Shown here piece after piece: positions 22,829 through 36,145 of a stretch of 64,000 nucleotides of DNA (the first letter of the stretch is position 1; every line of letters begins with the position of its first letter). Both the position numbers and the translations under genes were made by a program. This stretch comes from Escherichia coli (GTDB taxonomy: Bacteria; Pseudomonadota; Gammaproteobacteria; Enterobacterales; Enterobacteriaceae). The DNA is taken from the NCBI RefSeq assembly GCF_003334405.1, contig NZ_QOWM01000011.1; one strand, written 5' to 3'. The notes under the pieces are model-generated. The model saw only the letters and a program-made list of their open reading frames with translations. It was not told where the DNA came from and made no database searches.

Positions 22829-23917
22829 CTACTGCGCGGTAGTAATAAATGACTGTAATTGGGCTTCGGTTTGCAAACGTTGCTGCAAGGTACTGGCTTC
22901 GGCTTTGCTGGCGAATGGGCCAAGCTGGATCCGCCAGACCGCGCCATTTTGAGTTACGCGACCGGGGACGCCGAACTTCTGTCCCAGTTGCTGTTGGTAC
23001 TGTTGCGCACGAGCCTGATCGCTTACGGCCCCGACTTGCACCATAAAGTTGCCGCTGGCGCTTTGCGAGACGGCTTGCGGTGTCACCATTGCAGGCGAGG
23101 TTGCAGGCGTTGTCGACGGAGCTGTAACAACGGGCTGTGGCGCAGGCGTCGGTTCGCTGCCTTCCAGTACACCAGGCGCTAAGGTCGTTGGTGCGCCGAG
23201 GAAACCGCTACTGGTTACCGGCGCGCCGGTCGGATCTTCGCTTTTTAGCGTCGAATTACTGACCGGAAGAATGTCACCCTGCGGGCCAGACACTGAACTT
23301 GTTCCCGCGCCACCGCTTAAATCGGGAGGTGCAGGCAGGGCGTAAGTCTGTTTGGCGACTGTGGTACAAGCCATACCAGGACCAGAAAGCGAACCATCCT
23401 GGGCAACAATAATCGGATCGATACGAACTTTGGTGTTGTTTGACGTGTTAAGACGGTCAGCTGCCGCGCGAGAAAGTGAAATAACGCGGTCGTTGCCGTA
23501 AGGGCCGCGATCATTAATGCGCACCACGATCATTCGCCCGTTAGCCAGGTTAGTGATTCTGGCGTAGCTGGGGATCGGAAGCGTTGGATGGGCTGCCGTC
23601 AGCTGTGTCGGATCGAATGCTTCGCCAGAGGCCGTCAGGTTACTGCCGGGTTCGGCATCATAGATTGCCGCCAGTCCCGCCTGGCTAAATCGAGACGGAT
23701 CCTGCACGATTTTGTAGCTTTTACCGTCGCGCTGGTAATCCTGATTTGCCGTCGCGTTCAGTGGTTCGAAACGCGGGTCCGCCCCGCTAATTTCAACTAT
23801 AGGGCCGTTACATACCGCAGGCTGCGGTACACTTACCGTCTGTTGCTGACCATCATCGCTTGTACATGCCGCGAGCATTCCTGCCGCGATGCAGATCCCG
23901 AGCCACTGCTTACGCAT
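22829..23917 (-). CDS. rlpA: Septal lytic transglycosylase / rare lipoprotein A (DPBB and SPOR domains)
   Basis: 362-aa ORF with a lipoprotein signal peptide (LAACTS), a Pro/Thr/Ser-rich linker and a C-terminal SPOR-like domain. Confidence 0.9.
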   Translation of the reverse strand: MRKQWLGICIAAGMLAACTSDDGQQQTVSVPQPAVCNGPIVEISGADPRFEPLNATANQDYQRDGKSYKIVQDPSRFSQAGLAAIYDAEPGSNLTASGEAFDPTQLTAAHPTLPIPSYARITNLANGRMIVVRINDRGPYGNDRVISLSRAAADRLNTSNNTKVRIDPIIVAQDGSLSGPGMACTTVAKQTYALPAPPDLSGGAGTSSVSGPQGDILPVSNSTLKSEDPTGAPVTSSGFLGAPTTLAPGVLEGSEPTPAPQPVVTAPSTTPATSPAMVTPQAVSQSASGNFMVQVGAVSDQARAQQYQQQLGQKFGVPGRVTQNGAVWRIQLGPFASKAEASTLQQRLQTEAQLQSFITTAQ

Positions 23918-23927
23918 TGCGCACCTC

Positions 23928-25040
23928 TTACACGCTTTTCGACAACATTTTCCTGTGGGTGTGGATTGACATTACAATCCCGAACCCAGCCATCAGCACA
24001 ATTAGCGCCGATCCTCCATAACTGACCAGTGGGAGCGGAACCCCTACAACCGGCAGAATACCGCTTACCATACCAATATTTACGAAGACATAAACGAATA
24101 ATATCAGCATTAAGCCGCCAGCCATGACGCGACCAAAGGTGGTTTGCGCTCTGGCGGCTATCCACAGCCCGCGCATGATCAGCAGAATGTAGAGAGCGAG
24201 CAGAATCAGAATGCCCACTAATCCCAGCTCTTCCGCCAGTACCGCGAAGATAAAGTCAGTATGGCGTTCGGGGAGAAATTCAAGCTGTGACTGAGTGCCG
24301 TGCAGCCAGCCTTTGCCGCGTAATCCGCCGGAGCCAATAGCAATTTTAGACTGAATAATGTGATAGCCCGCGCCGAGTGGGTCTGATTCCGGGTCCAGGA
24401 GCATCATTACGCGCTGGCGCTGGTAATCATGCATCAGGAAGAACCACAGAATCGGAATGAACGCCGCTACCAGCACTACTGCGACGCCAATCAGACGCCA
24501 GCTAAGGCCAGAGAGGAACAGTACAAACAGACCGGAAAGCGCAACGAGGATTGATGTTCCCAGGTCAGGCTGTGCAGCCACCAGCAGCGTGGGCATAAAT
24601 ATCAGCACCAGCGCGATGCCAGTGTTCTTCAACGATGGCGGGCAAACGTCGCGGTTGATAAAGCGCGCAACCATCAGTGGTACGGCTATTTTGGCAATTT
24701 CCGACGGCTGAAAACGAACAATACCGAGGTCCAGCCAGCGTTGAGCACCTTTAGAGATGGCACCGAAAGCATCTACCGCCACCAGCAAAATAATACAGAT
24801 GATATAGAGATAGGGGGCCCAGCCTTCATAAACGCGTGGAGGAATTTGCGCCATCACCACCATGATGACCAGACCCATCGCGATTTGGCCGATTTTACGC
24901 TCCATCATGCCAATATCCTGACCGCTGGCGCTCCAGATAACCAGGGCGCTGTAAACCAGCAATGCCAGTAAGATCAGCAGCATTGTGGGATCGAGATGGA
25001 CTTTATCCCAGAATGTTTTTTTATTCGGATTATCCGTCAT
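23928..25040 (-). CDS. mrdB: Peptidoglycan glycosyltransferase RodA (SEDS family)
   Basis: 370-aa polytopic membrane ORF recognised as RodA. Confidence 0.95.
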   Translation of the reverse strand: MTDNPNKKTFWDKVHLDPTMLLILLALLVYSALVIWSASGQDIGMMERKIGQIAMGLVIMVVMAQIPPRVYEGWAPYLYIICIILLVAVDAFGAISKGAQRWLDLGIVRFQPSEIAKIAVPLMVARFINRDVCPPSLKNTGIALVLIFMPTLLVAAQPDLGTSILVALSGLFVLFLSGLSWRLIGVAVVLVAAFIPILWFFLMHDYQRQRVMMLLDPESDPLGAGYHIIQSKIAIGSGGLRGKGWLHGTQSQLEFLPERHTDFIFAVLAEELGLVGILILLALYILLIMRGLWIAARAQTTFGRVMAGGLMLILFVYVFVNIGMVSGILPVVGVPLPLVSYGGSALIVLMAGFGIVMSIHTHRKMLSKSV

Positions 25041-25042
25041 GA

Positions 25043-26944
25043 TTAATGGTCCTCCGCTGCGGCAACCGCTGGATTTTCCGCAGGCAGATCGGTGTTGTTA
25101 TCACCCAGCATAATGTGGTCGAGGATCTGGCGCATCAGTGTACCAACCGCCGGACCCGCACCACCGTTCTCCAGAATCATGGCGACAGCCACTTGCGGAT
25201 TGTTGTATGGCGCAAAGGCGGTCATCAGTTTGTGGTCACGTAAACGCTCGGCAATTTTGTGCGCATTATAGGTTTCGTTCGCTTTCAGACCGAAGACCTG
25301 AGCGGTACCGGATTTCGCCGCAATTTTGTACGGTGCGCTAGCAAAGTATTTATGCGCCGTACCGTTAGGGCGGTTAGCAACACCGTACATACCGTCTTTC
25401 GCCAGCTCCCAGTAACCGGAATGAATATCGCCGACGGGCGGTTCATGCGGCTGTACCCATGGCACCTGTTTGCCGTCTTCGGCGGTGCTCATCAGCAAAT
25501 GAGGAACCTTCACGATACCGTCATTAATCAGGATCATCAGTGCCTTACTCATCTGGATTGGGGTCGCTGTCCAGTAACCCTGACCGATACCAACCGGAAT
25601 GGTGTCACCCTGATACCACGGTTTTTTAAAGCGTTTCTGTTTCCATTCGCGGGTAGGCATGTTGCCGGAACGTTCTTCCGCCAGGTCGATACCGGTGTAA
25701 TGACCATAACCGAATTTACCCATCCATTCGGAGAGGCGATCGATCCCCATATCGTAGGCCACCTGATAGAAGAAGGTATCCGCAGATTCTTCCAGCGATC
25801 TTGTGACATTCAGACGCCCGTGGCCCCATTTTTTCCAGTCACGATAACGTTTTTCCGAACCTGGCAGTTGCCACCAGCCTGGGTCAAACAGCGTCGTATT
25901 GCGCGTGATCACCCCGGCGCTCAATGCCGAAACCGCCACATAGGGTTTAACTGTAGACGCGGGAGGATAAACCCCCTGTGTGGCGCGGTTCACCAGCGGT
26001 GTATTCGGATCGTTCAACAAGGCGGAATAATCTTTGCTGGAGATACCGTCAACAAACAAGTTTGGGTCATAACTAGGCGTGGAAACCAGCGCCAGCACCC
26101 CACCTGTACGCGGATCGGTGACTACCACAGCTGCGCGGCTACCCGCCAGCAGCGTTTCAATATATTGCTGGAGTTTGAGATCCAGCGTCAGGTAAATATC
26201 GTGTCCGGCTTGCGGTGGTACTTCTTTTAACTGGCGAATAACACGCCCACGGTTGTTAACTTCAACCTCTTCATAACCGGTCTGACCGTGCAGCACATCT
26301 TCATAGTAACGCTCAATGCCCAGCTTACCGATATCATGCGTTGCCGCATAGTTGGCCAGTTTGCCGTCATTATTCAGGCGTTCGACGTCTTTATCGTTGA
26401 TTTTCGACACATAGCCGATGACGTGGGTCAACGCCGAACCGTAAGGATAGTAACGACGTTTATAGCCTTTAACTTCGACACCCGGAAAACGGTACTGATT
26501 GACGGCAAAGCGAGCTACTTGTACTTCGGTCAGGTTAGTTTTCACCGGAATAGAGGTGAAACGGTGTGAACGTGCGCGCTCTTTTCGGAATGCAGCAATA
26601 TCGTCATCGGTCAGATCTACCACGCTGCGCAAAGCGTCCAGCGTTTGCTGCACGTTATCGACTTTCTCCGGCATCATTTCTATCTGGTAGATAGTGCGGT
26701 TGAGGGCCAGAGGGATACCGTTACGATCGTAGATAATGCCGCGGCTGGGCGCGATAGGCACCAGCTTAATGCGGTTTTCATTAGAGCGGGTCTGGTAGTC
26801 GGTAAAGCGAACAATTTGCAGATTATACAGGTTGGCGATAAGCACGCCGGTCAGCAGCAAAATCCCCAAAAAGGCGACCAGCGCCCGGCGCACAAACAGC
26901 GCGGACTCTGCCGTATAGTCGCGAAAAGAGTTCTGTAGTTTCAT
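25043..26944 (-). CDS. mrdA: Penicillin-binding protein 2 (elongasome transpeptidase)
   Basis: 633-aa ORF with the SxxK motif STVKP. Confidence 0.95.
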   Translation of the reverse strand: MKLQNSFRDYTAESALFVRRALVAFLGILLLTGVLIANLYNLQIVRFTDYQTRSNENRIKLVPIAPSRGIIYDRNGIPLALNRTIYQIEMMPEKVDNVQQTLDALRSVVDLTDDDIAAFRKERARSHRFTSIPVKTNLTEVQVARFAVNQYRFPGVEVKGYKRRYYPYGSALTHVIGYVSKINDKDVERLNNDGKLANYAATHDIGKLGIERYYEDVLHGQTGYEEVEVNNRGRVIRQLKEVPPQAGHDIYLTLDLKLQQYIETLLAGSRAAVVVTDPRTGGVLALVSTPSYDPNLFVDGISSKDYSALLNDPNTPLVNRATQGVYPPASTVKPYVAVSALSAGVITRNTTLFDPGWWQLPGSEKRYRDWKKWGHGRLNVTRSLEESADTFFYQVAYDMGIDRLSEWMGKFGYGHYTGIDLAEERSGNMPTREWKQKRFKKPWYQGDTIPVGIGQGYWTATPIQMSKALMILINDGIVKVPHLLMSTAEDGKQVPWVQPHEPPVGDIHSGYWELAKDGMYGVANRPNGTAHKYFASAPYKIAAKSGTAQVFGLKANETYNAHKIAERLRDHKLMTAFAPYNNPQVAVAMILENGGAGPAVGTLMRQILDHIMLGDNNTDLPAENPAVAAAEDH

Positions 26945-26974
26945 CCGCTGCGTTTTCTACTCAAAGCTCCCTTA

Positions 26975-27442
26975 TCACTCACGGTGATAAGGATGGTTGG
27001 TGGTGATGCTCCACGCCCGGTACAGACTCTCTGCGACCAGCACGCGAACCAGCGGATGGGGGAGGGTAAGCGCCGACAGCGACCAGCTCTGCTCAGCCGC
27101 CGCTTTACAGGCAGGCGACAACCCTTCAGGCCCGCCAATCAGTAGACTGACGTCGCGACCATCCAGCTTCCAGCGTTCCAGCTCAGCGGCTAACTGCGGC
27201 GTATCCCAGGGCTTGCCTGGAATATCGAGGGTGACAATGCGGTTTTTGCCTGCGGCCGCCAACATCTGCTCACCCTCTTTGTCGAGTATGCGCTTGATGT
27301 CCGCATTCTTGCCGCGTTTTCCGGCCGGAATTTCAATCAGCTCGAAGGGCATATCTTTCGGAAAACGACGCAGGTACTCGGTAAAACCGGTTTGTACCCA
27401 GTCCGGCATTTTCGTTCCCACGGCGACAAGTTGCAGCTTCAC
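26975..27442 (-). CDS. rlmH: 23S rRNA (pseudouridine1915-N3)-methyltransferase (SPOUT)
   Basis: 155-aa ORF recognised as RlmH. Confidence 0.9.
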
Positions 27443-27445
27443 GCA

Positions 27446-27781
<336 letters not shown>

Positions 27782-28022
27782 TCAAATAGATAAAAATGGT
27801 CTGTCAGTATACCTGAACCAGAGGCGATTTCGGGACAATTGTCGCCGAATCGGCTTTCGAAAGTGGGCTATCATCCCACCCCGCGCCGCAGATTGCATCG
27901 CCATTTTTGTAAAACAATTTCTACAAAGTCGTGTCTGGCGGAAAAAGTCTGGCTGCGGAGAATATCAGCCTGCCCGGGTCTGTCAATGGTCGTTGCGGCT
28001 TACCCGTAAAAAAACAGAAAAG

Positions 28023-28637
28023 TCATGCATTCTCGACCCCGATGGCACGGCTATTGAGGACGCGTAGCGTCGCGAATTTTTGGTTGATATCAATGGCGCT
28101 CCAACACCCCTGGTCAACGCGAAAATGCCACATAGCCTCGGCAGGCATGCCAATTAAACGGGCGATTAACAGACTCAGTACACCCTGATGGCTGACGACT
28201 AAAATATTCTGATAGTGCTGAAATTCACTAAGCCTTGCGATAAAGCGTTCCACACGTTGCGAAAATGCCTGAAATCCTTCACCGTTCGTGGGGATTGCAT
28301 GCTGCCAGTCATTGCACCACGCGCTATAGTTTTCGGCATCTTCTTGCATGAGGTCGCGATGATGTCGCATCTCCCAGTCGCCAAAAAACATTTCGTTGAG
28401 TTCAGGTATGATTTGCACGGGGAGCTGGCGGTCACTGAGAACCAGTCGCGCGGTATGCTGTGCCCGTTCCAGTTCACTGCATAAAACCAGATCAAAGGAA
28501 ACACCATGTAGCAGCGTATGCAGATTTTGCGCTTGCTCAATACCGCGCGCGGTCAGGGGGGTGGGCGCATGACCGCTGTAAAGACCATCGATATTCGCTT
28601 GCGTTTCACCATGACGAATTAACCACAGTCGCATCAT
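28023..28637 (-). CDS. cobC: Histidine-phosphatase superfamily protein (adenosylcobalamin/alpha-ribazole phosphatase)
   Basis: ORF with the RHGET phosphohistidine motif; the true start may be the second Met (28634). Confidence 0.85.
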   Translation of the reverse strand: MMRLWLIRHGETQANIDGLYSGHAPTPLTARGIEQAQNLHTLLHGVSFDLVLCSELERAQHTARLVLSDRQLPVQIIPELNEMFFGDWEMRHHRDLMQEDAENYSAWCNDWQHAIPTNGEGFQAFSQRVERFIARLSEFQHYQNILVVSHQGVLSLLIARLIGMPAEAMWHFRVDQGCWSAIDINQKFATLRVLNSRAIGVENA

Positions 28638-28657
28638 GCCCTCCGTAACGACAGGTA

Positions 28658-29299
28658 TCAGCGATACAAGCCTTGTTGGTTAATGTAAGTCAGTACCGGT
28701 TCCGGCAATAAATCCTCACATGATTCACCGTTTTGCAAACGTTCGCGGATGATGGTCGCCGAGATGTTAAACCACGGCGTTTCAGCCAGATAAATTTTAC
28801 CGGCAGGCTGAAGGTGAAGATCTTCCGGGTTATGTGTCAAATGATCTTCCAGCCATTGCTGGTATTGCGGTTGCGCCATTTCAAGTGGGTAACCTGGACG
28901 CCGACAGACGATCAAATGTGCATTGTCGAGTATCGTTTCGTATTCGTACCAGGTCGGAAAGGTCAGCAGTGAATCCTGACCAATAATAAACGCCAGCGGC
29001 ACGTCCGGTCCTTGTTCCTGCCGCCACTCTTTCAGTGTTTGCGCAGTGTAAGAGGGGGCATTGCGCTTTAGCTCGCGTTCATCAAGAGTAAATAATGGCT
29101 TGTCGGCAATCGCCAGTTCAAGCATGTGTTTACGCTGCACGCTGTTCGCTTCCGGCTGGGGACGATGCGGAGGAACATTATTAGGGATGATTGTGACCCG
29201 CGTCAGACCAATCAAATTCGCCAGCGTTTCCACGGGTTTTAGATGACCATAGTGCACCGGATCAAAGGTGCCGCCAAACAGAGCCTGTAAAGATTTCAT
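28658..29299 (-). CDS. nadD: Nicotinate-mononucleotide adenylyltransferase
   Basis: 213-aa ORF with the nucleotidyltransferase motif [11 protein letters not shown]. Confidence 0.95.
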
Positions 29300-29300
29300 A

Positions 29301-30332
29301 TCAACCGTCGATAAATACGTCCGCCAGGGGTTTATGGCACAACAGAAGAGATAACCCTTCCAGCTCTGCCCACACTGACTGACCGTAATCTTGTTTGAGG
29401 GTGAGTTCCGTTCGTGTCAGGAGTTGCACGGCCTGACGTAACTGCGTCTGACTTAAGCGATTTAACGCCTCGCCCATCATGCCCCGGCGGTTCTGCCATA
29501 CCCGATGCTTATCAAACAACGCACGCAGTGGCGTATGGGCAGACTGGCGTTTCAGGTTAACCAGTAACAACAGTTCACGTTGTAATGTGCGCAACAAAAT
29601 AACCGGTTCGCTGCCTTCCAGACGCAGTTGCTGAAGAATATGCAATGCGCGCTTACTTTTTCCCATCAACAAAGCATCAACCCAATGAAAAGGGGTGAAA
29701 TGCGCGGCATCATTCACCGCCTGTTCAACGCGCGGTAATGTCAATTTGCCGTCTGGCCAGAGCAGCGATAAACGCTCCAGTGCCTGAGCCAGCGCCAGCA
29801 GGTTACCTTCATAACAGTAGCAGAGCACCTGATTTGCCGCGTCATCCAGTTCTAAGTTGAGCTGTTTTGCGCGCGCAGCAACCCAGCGGGGAAGCTGAGC
29901 CTGCTCCGGTGTCTGACAGGTCACCTGCACGCTGCGATTCGCAAGCGCAGTAAACCAGGCGGCATTTTCTTGCGCTTTGCTTAATTTATTACCGCGGACG
30001 ATCAACAGCAGGTCGTCATGCAGAAGTCCGGTGAGTGTGAGAAGTTGCTCATTGATCGCCGCATTCGGTCCGTTTTCTGGTAACAACAGCAATAGCGTTT
30101 GTCGACTGGCAAACAGACTCATAGCCTGGCATAACGAAAAGATCGCATTCCAGTCAGTGTTGGGATCAATGGAAAAAGTGTGGTGTTCTTCGAATCCTTG
30201 TGCCGCAGCTACCTGACGAACAGCGTCCTGGCTTTCCTGCAATAACAGAGGATCGTTACCAAGTAAAAGATACGCCGCGCGCAGCCCTTCATTGAGCTGC
30301 GCGCGGAGTTGTTCCGGGTACAACCGAATCAT
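29301..30332 (-). CDS. holA: DNA polymerase III delta subunit
   Basis: 343-aa ORF recognised as HolA; conserved lptE-holA-nadD context. Confidence 0.9.
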
Positions 30333-30913
30333 CAGTTACCCAGCGTGGTGGAGACGCGTGCAGGCGTTGCCGGAGTATCCGTTGTGGTCGACGTCTGTTC
30401 TTCGTCGGAACGAATATCCGCAGCACGGATGCTTGGCAGCTTACGAATCAGCTGTTCGGCAGCACGGTCGTACATCTCTTTTACGATCATGTCTTGTTCG
30501 TTATCTTTCGCTAACGCCATTTGCGGGTTATCGAAGAACGAACGGAAGACTTTGGCGCTAATCGGGTAGATATCACGGCCGGGGATCAACACGGTCGCAT
30601 TAACCGTCATGATCATCTGATACTCTGCTGTTTGACCGTTACGGAATACCGATGCGGTATCTTTCGCGATGCTCACTTTACCCAAACGCAAGGATGGAAC
30701 GTCCTTACGCGTGGTTTCTTTATCAAGCAACTCGACACCATTCAGACGTAACTGGTTACGCACCGCACGGCTTAATGGCCCGTTCGGATCGCCTGAGTCC
30801 AGGATCATGACCTTCATAGTGGAAGGAACCTGCGTGGTATCACGCAGATGCCAGCCACACCCGGCGGTGATTAACACCGCCAGAGATAACAACAATGTTG
30901 CCAGATATCGCAC
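30332..30913 (-). CDS. lptE: LPS-assembly lipoprotein LptE
   Basis: 193-aa ORF with lipobox LITAGC; 1-nt overlap with holA. Confidence 0.9.
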
Positions 30914-30927
30914 GCTTCCTCCCGCGC

Positions 30928-33510
30928 TTAGCCAACGACCAGATTGAGGAGTTTACCTGGTACGTAAATCACTTTACGTACAGTAACGCCATCAAGATAT
31001 TTTGCTACCAGATGTTCCTGGCCAGCACGTTCGCGAACCTGTTCTTCCGTTGCGTCCACCGGAACGGTGATTTTGGCACGGACTTTACCGTTAACCTGCA
31101 CCACGACCAGCGTGGAGTCTTCCACCATCGCTTTTTCGTCAGCAACCGGCCACGGCGCGTTGTCGATATCGCCTTCGCCTTTCAGTTCCTGCCACAGCGT
31201 GAAGCAGATGTGCGGGGTGAACGGGTTAAGCATACGGACAACGGCCAGCAGTGCTTCCTGCATCAGAGCGCGATCCTGCTCGCCATCGGTTGGTGCTTTC
31301 GCCAGTTTGTTCATCAGCTCCATAATCGCCGCAATTGCGGTGTTGAAGGTCTGACGACGGCCGATATCATCGGTCACTTTAGCGATCGTTTTATGCACAT
31401 CGCGACGCAGCGCTTTCTGATTTTCAGTCAGCGCATCAACGTTCAGTGCCGCAACATCACCTTTTGCTGTGTGCTCGTAAACCAGTTTCCAGACACGTTT
31501 CAGGAAGCGGTTAGCCCCTTCCACACCGGATTCCTGCCATTCGAGAGTCATATCAGCCGGAGAAGCAAACATCATAAACAGACGAACGGTGTCCGCGCCG
31601 TAACGTTCAACCATCACCTGCGGGTCGATACCGTTGTTCTTCGACTTGGACATTTTGCTCATGCCGGTATAAACCAGTTCATGGCCTGCCGCATCTTTCG
31701 CTTTCACGATACGGCCTTTCTCGTCACGTTCAACGATAGCATCAACCGGGGAAACCCAGTTACGTTCGCCGTTTTCGCCAACATAGTAGAAGGCATCTGC
31801 CAGCACCATACCCTGACACAGCAACTGTTTCGCTGGTTCGTCAGAGTTCACCATGCCTGCATCACGCATCAGTTTGTGGAAGAAGCGGAAGTAGAGCAGG
31901 TGCATAATGGCGTGTTCAATACCACCAATGTAGATATCCACCGGCAGCCAGTAGTTAGCCGCTTCGGAATCCAGCATACCTTCTTTGTACTGCGGGCAAG
32001 TGTAGCGCGCATAGTACCAGGAGGACTCCATAAAGGTGTCGAAAGTGTCGGTTTCACGCAGTGCTGGCATACCGTTAACGGTAGTTTTCGCCCACTCCGG
32101 ATCTGCTTTAATCGGGCTGGTAATGCCGTCCATTACCACATCTTCCGGCAGGATCACCGGCAGCTGGTCGTCCGGGGTCGGCATTACGGTACCGTCTTCC
32201 AGCGTCACCATCGGAATCGGCGCGCCCCAGTAACGCTGACGGGAAACACCCCAGTCGCGCAGGCGGTAGTTCACTTTACGCTCGCCAACGCCCATCGCAG
32301 TCAGTTTATCGGCGATGGCGTTGAAGGCCGCTTCATGGTCAAGACCGTTGAACTCGCCAGAGTTGAACAGCACGCCTTTTTCAGTCAGGGCTTGCTGAGA
32401 AAGATCTGGCTCAGAGCCGTCAGCTGCCAGGATAACCGGTTTGATGTTCAGGCCGTATTTAGAGGCAAACTCGTAGTCGCGCTGGTCGTGCCCCGGTACC
32501 GCCATAACTGCGCCCGTGCCGTACTCCATCAATACGAAGTTTGCTGCCCAAACGGGAATTTCTTCGCCCGTTAATGGGTGAACCGCTTTAAAGCCAGTAT
32601 CGACGCCTTTTTTCTCCATCGTCGCCATTTCAGCTTCGGCAACTTTGGTGTTACGGCATTCGTCAATAAAGGCCGCCAGTTCAGGATTATTTTCCGCCGC
32701 TTTCTGCGCCAGCGGATGACCCGCAGCTACCGCCAGGTAGGTACAACCCATAAAGGTGTCCGGGCGGGTAGTGTAAACGGTCAGCGTGTTGTCATAGTCG
32801 TTAACGTTGAAGGTGATCTCCACGCCTTCGGAACGACCGATCCAGTTACGCTGCATGGTTTTAACGGTGTCTGGCCAGTGATCCAGTTTATCCAGATCGT
32901 TGAGCAGCTCGTCAGCGTAAGCAGTGATTTTGATAAACCACTGCGGGATCTCTTTACGTTCAACTTTAGTATCGCAGCGCCAGCAGCAGCCGTCGATAAC
33001 TTGTTCGTTCGCCAGTACGGTCTGGTCGTTCGGGCACCAGTTGACCGCAGAAGTCTTCTTATATACCAGGCCTTTTTTATACAGCTCGGTGAAGAATTTC
33101 TGTTCCCAACGGTAGTATTCCGGCGTACAGGTTGCCAGCTCGCGGCTCCAGTCATAACCAAAGCCCAGCATTTTGAGCTGGTTTTTCATATACGCGATGT
33201 TGTCGTACGTCCACGGTGCCGGAGCGGTGTTGTTTTTCACCGCCGCGCCTTCCGCAGGCAGACCAAACGCGTCCCAGCCGATCGGCTGCAGGACGTTTTT
33301 GCCCAGCATACGCTGGTAGCGGGCGATCACGTCACCGATGGTGTAGTTACGTACGTGGCCCATGTGTAGTCGACCAGAAGGATAGGGAAGCATAGACAGG
33401 CAGTAATACTTCTCTTTGCTCTCGTCTTCGGTTACTTCAAATGTGCGCTTCTCATCCCAATGAAGCTGTACTTTGGATTCTATCTCTTCCGGGCGGTATT
33501 GCTCTTGCAT
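30928..33510 (-). CDS. leuS: Leucyl-tRNA synthetase
   Basis: ORF 30928..33651; start at [11 protein letters not shown]... (860 aa); class I HMGH and KMSKS motifs. Confidence 0.95.
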
Positions 33511-33744
33511 GGCAGCCAGTGGTCCTGTTTTCAATACGGCTACAAATGTAGCGTTGAGGTGGTTTTTCAGATCCGCATAGCATAGCCCAAACGTCCGCGT
33601 CAAAACAGCCTTTCGCGCACTCGACGTTGAAATGATGCCCGGATTATTCATACATTAATTTACAGAGTTTGTGGGCGTATTAGCAAAGCAAGGAACAAAG
33701 AACGTCTATTATTATAGTCAGTTAACGACCCGGGAGATGAAACG

Positions 33745-34227
33745 ATGAACAAGGTTGCTCAATATTACCGTGAACTGGTTGCGTCACTGAGCGAACGCCT
33801 GCGCAATGGCGAACGTGATATCGACGCACTGGTGGAACAGGCGCGCGAGCGCGTAATAAAAACAGGGGAGTTAACGCGAACCGAGGTCGATGAGCTGACG
33901 CGAGCTGTCAGACGTGACCTGGAAGAGTTCGCCATGAGCTATGAAGAGAGCCTGAAAGAAGAATCTGACAGCGTCTTTATGCGGGTGATTAAAGAAAGCT
34001 TGTGGCAGGAGCTGGCAGACATCACCGATAAAACGCAGCTTGAATGGCGCGAAGTTTTCCAGGACCTCAATCATCATGGGGTTTATCACAGCGGAGAAGT
34101 GGTCGGGCTGGGAAATCTGGTCTGCGAGAAATGTCACTTCCATCTCCCGATCTACACACCGGAAGTGCTGACGCTATGCCCGAAATGTGGTCATGACCAG
34201 TTCCAGAGACGCCCGTTTGAGCCGTAA
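33745..34227 (+). CDS. ybeL: DUF1451-family protein with a C-terminal zinc-ribbon (CxxC...CxxC)
   Basis: 160-aa ORF with CEKCHFH...CPKCGH. Confidence 0.85.
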   Translation: MNKVAQYYRELVASLSERLRNGERDIDALVEQARERVIKTGELTRTEVDELTRAVRRDLEEFAMSYEESLKEESDSVFMRVIKESLWQELADITDKTQLEWREVFQDLNHHGVYHSGEVVGLGNLVCEKCHFHLPIYTPEVLTLCPKCGHDQFQRRPFEP

Positions 34228-34260
34228 TAGTCTGATTTCGCACAGCAATAAAGAGAATAT

Positions 34261-34293
34261 GGGCCGAATGAAATTCCCCGGCCCTTGTTTTTA
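34261..34293 (+). terminator. Putative intrinsic terminator after ybeL (between convergent ybeL and ybeQ)
   Basis: Stem gggccg/cggccc followed by ttgttttta. Confidence 0.5.
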
Positions 34294-34296
34294 TCT

Positions 34297-35280
34297 CTAC
34301 AGTAAATCTTCAGTCTCACGAATTTCCTGACTGACATCTCTGGTTCCGGATGACTGAACTTTACGATACAGGTCGAGAGCCTGTCGGAGATCGACAGGTC
34401 TTCCTTCTCCGTAGTGATACATAATGGCCAGGTTATACCAGGCAGTGGCGTCATTGCATTCAGCGGCTTTCGTAAACCATTCAAAGGCAGCCTGATAATC
34501 TTTCTCAACGCCTTGTCCGTGTTTATACATATAACCGATGTTGACGTAAGCGCCGACGCTCCCCTGAGCGGCAGCCTTCAGATACCAGTACATCGCTTGC
34601 TTATAGTCCTGGTCCACCCCTTCGCCAGCGTTATAATCCCATGCAATTTGAAACTGGGCGTGCCGATTACCCTGCTGTGCGCTTTTCAAATACCAGAATG
34701 CGGCGAGTGTCTTGTTTTGAGCAACGCCTTTTCCGTCTTCATAAAGATCGGCCAGATTGTTTTGCGCGTCACTATGGCCTTGTAATGCAGCTTGTTTGTA
34801 CCAGAAAAATGCCAGCGCATAGTCTTTTGCGACTCCGTTGCCATTTCTGTACATCCACCCAAGATTATTTTGCGCATAAGACATTCCGCTCTCCGCGGCT
34901 ATCTGATACCAGACAACCGCTTCTTTATAATTGGGGGCTTCTCCACGATCCAGTGTCCAGCCAAGGGCGTTGGAAGCGAAAGTATGGCCTTGTAGGGCAG
35001 CTTTTTTCAGCCAGAAGATGGCTTGCTCATTATCTTTATGACGGCTTTTATCCTCGGTATACTTTTGCCCTAAGGAATACTGTGCTTCACAATGACCTTG
35101 CTCAGCGGCCAGCTTCAGCCAGTAAAAGGCTTTTTCGTCGTCCGGAGAATCAATTGCGCTATCGCGATTATAATAAAACCCAACAATATATTGAGCCTCG
35201 CAATCGCCTTTTTCAGCACGTTCGATAATCTCATCTATTGATAAATTATCGCAGCAACTTGACGTGAAAATCATTATCAT
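34297..35280 (-). CDS. ybeQ: Sel1-like repeat (TPR-like) protein, no signal peptide
   Basis: 327-aa ORF with about eight repeats of the pattern A..W(Y)..AA.QG...AQ..LG..Y..G.GV..D. Confidence 0.85.
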   Translation of the reverse strand: MIMIFTSSCCDNLSIDEIIERAEKGDCEAQYIVGFYYNRDSAIDSPDDEKAFYWLKLAAEQGHCEAQYSLGQKYTEDKSRHKDNEQAIFWLKKAALQGHTFASNALGWTLDRGEAPNYKEAVVWYQIAAESGMSYAQNNLGWMYRNGNGVAKDYALAFFWYKQAALQGHSDAQNNLADLYEDGKGVAQNKTLAAFWYLKSAQQGNRHAQFQIAWDYNAGEGVDQDYKQAMYWYLKAAAQGSVGAYVNIGYMYKHGQGVEKDYQAAFEWFTKAAECNDATAWYNLAIMYHYGEGRPVDLRQALDLYRKVQSSGTRDVSQEIRETEDLL

Positions 35281-35437
35281 TTCCTTATGGTTGCAGATAA
35301 AACATATTATATTTTTATGTGTTCCATTTTTGCGTAAGCCTTATTTTATGCGTATTATGTCGCGTCAGAAAAGTATAAATAAACGAGCCTCGCAATGCGG
35401 CTAATATTCATTTAATGAATATTTAAGGATAAATTAT

Positions 35438-36145
35438 ATGGACATGGAGTCGCAAAAAATATTGTTTGCACTTTCCACTCCGATGGAAATACGCAATGAA
35501 TGCTGTTTACCTTCGCATTCATCACCCAAAATGTATTTAGGTACATGCTTTTTTGACCTTTCTTCCTCATGGGGAATTGATGACCGTGATGACCTGCTGC
35601 GCACAATTCACCGAATGATCGATAACGGTCATGCCGCTCGGTTGGCAGGGTTTTATCACCGCTGGTTTCGTTATTCGCCATGTGAATGGCGTGACTATCT
35701 TGCTGAACTAAATGAGCAAGGTCAGGCTTATGCGCAATTTGTCGCCAGCACCGCCGAATGCTGTGGCGAAGGGGGAATCAAAGCCTGGGATTATGTCCGG
35801 ATGGGTTTTTTAAGCCGAATGGGCGTACTTAATAACTGGTTGAGCGAAGAAGAAAGTCTATGGATCCAGTCGCGCATTCATCTACGGGCTCTACGTTATT
35901 ATAGTAACTGGCGGCAATACTTTGCCGGTTATACCTTTGGTCGGCAATATTGGCAGTCTCCCGAAGATGATCATCTGCCTTTATTACGCGAATTCTTAGC
36001 GCGTAAAGAATACGACGATTCCGGCAATGATATGTTTTATCAATTATTTGCCAGTGATGATGCGTATTACCCTACCTTGTCCTGGCAACCATTGGCTTAC
36101 TATTCTGCATGCCCGGAAACGCTTAAGGATATGAGCGACCTATGA
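35438..36145 (+). CDS. ybeR: DUF1266-family protein (paralog of ybeU)
   Basis: 235-aa ORF about 60% identical to the ybeU product by eye; stop overlaps the djlB start (ATGA). Confidence 0.85.
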
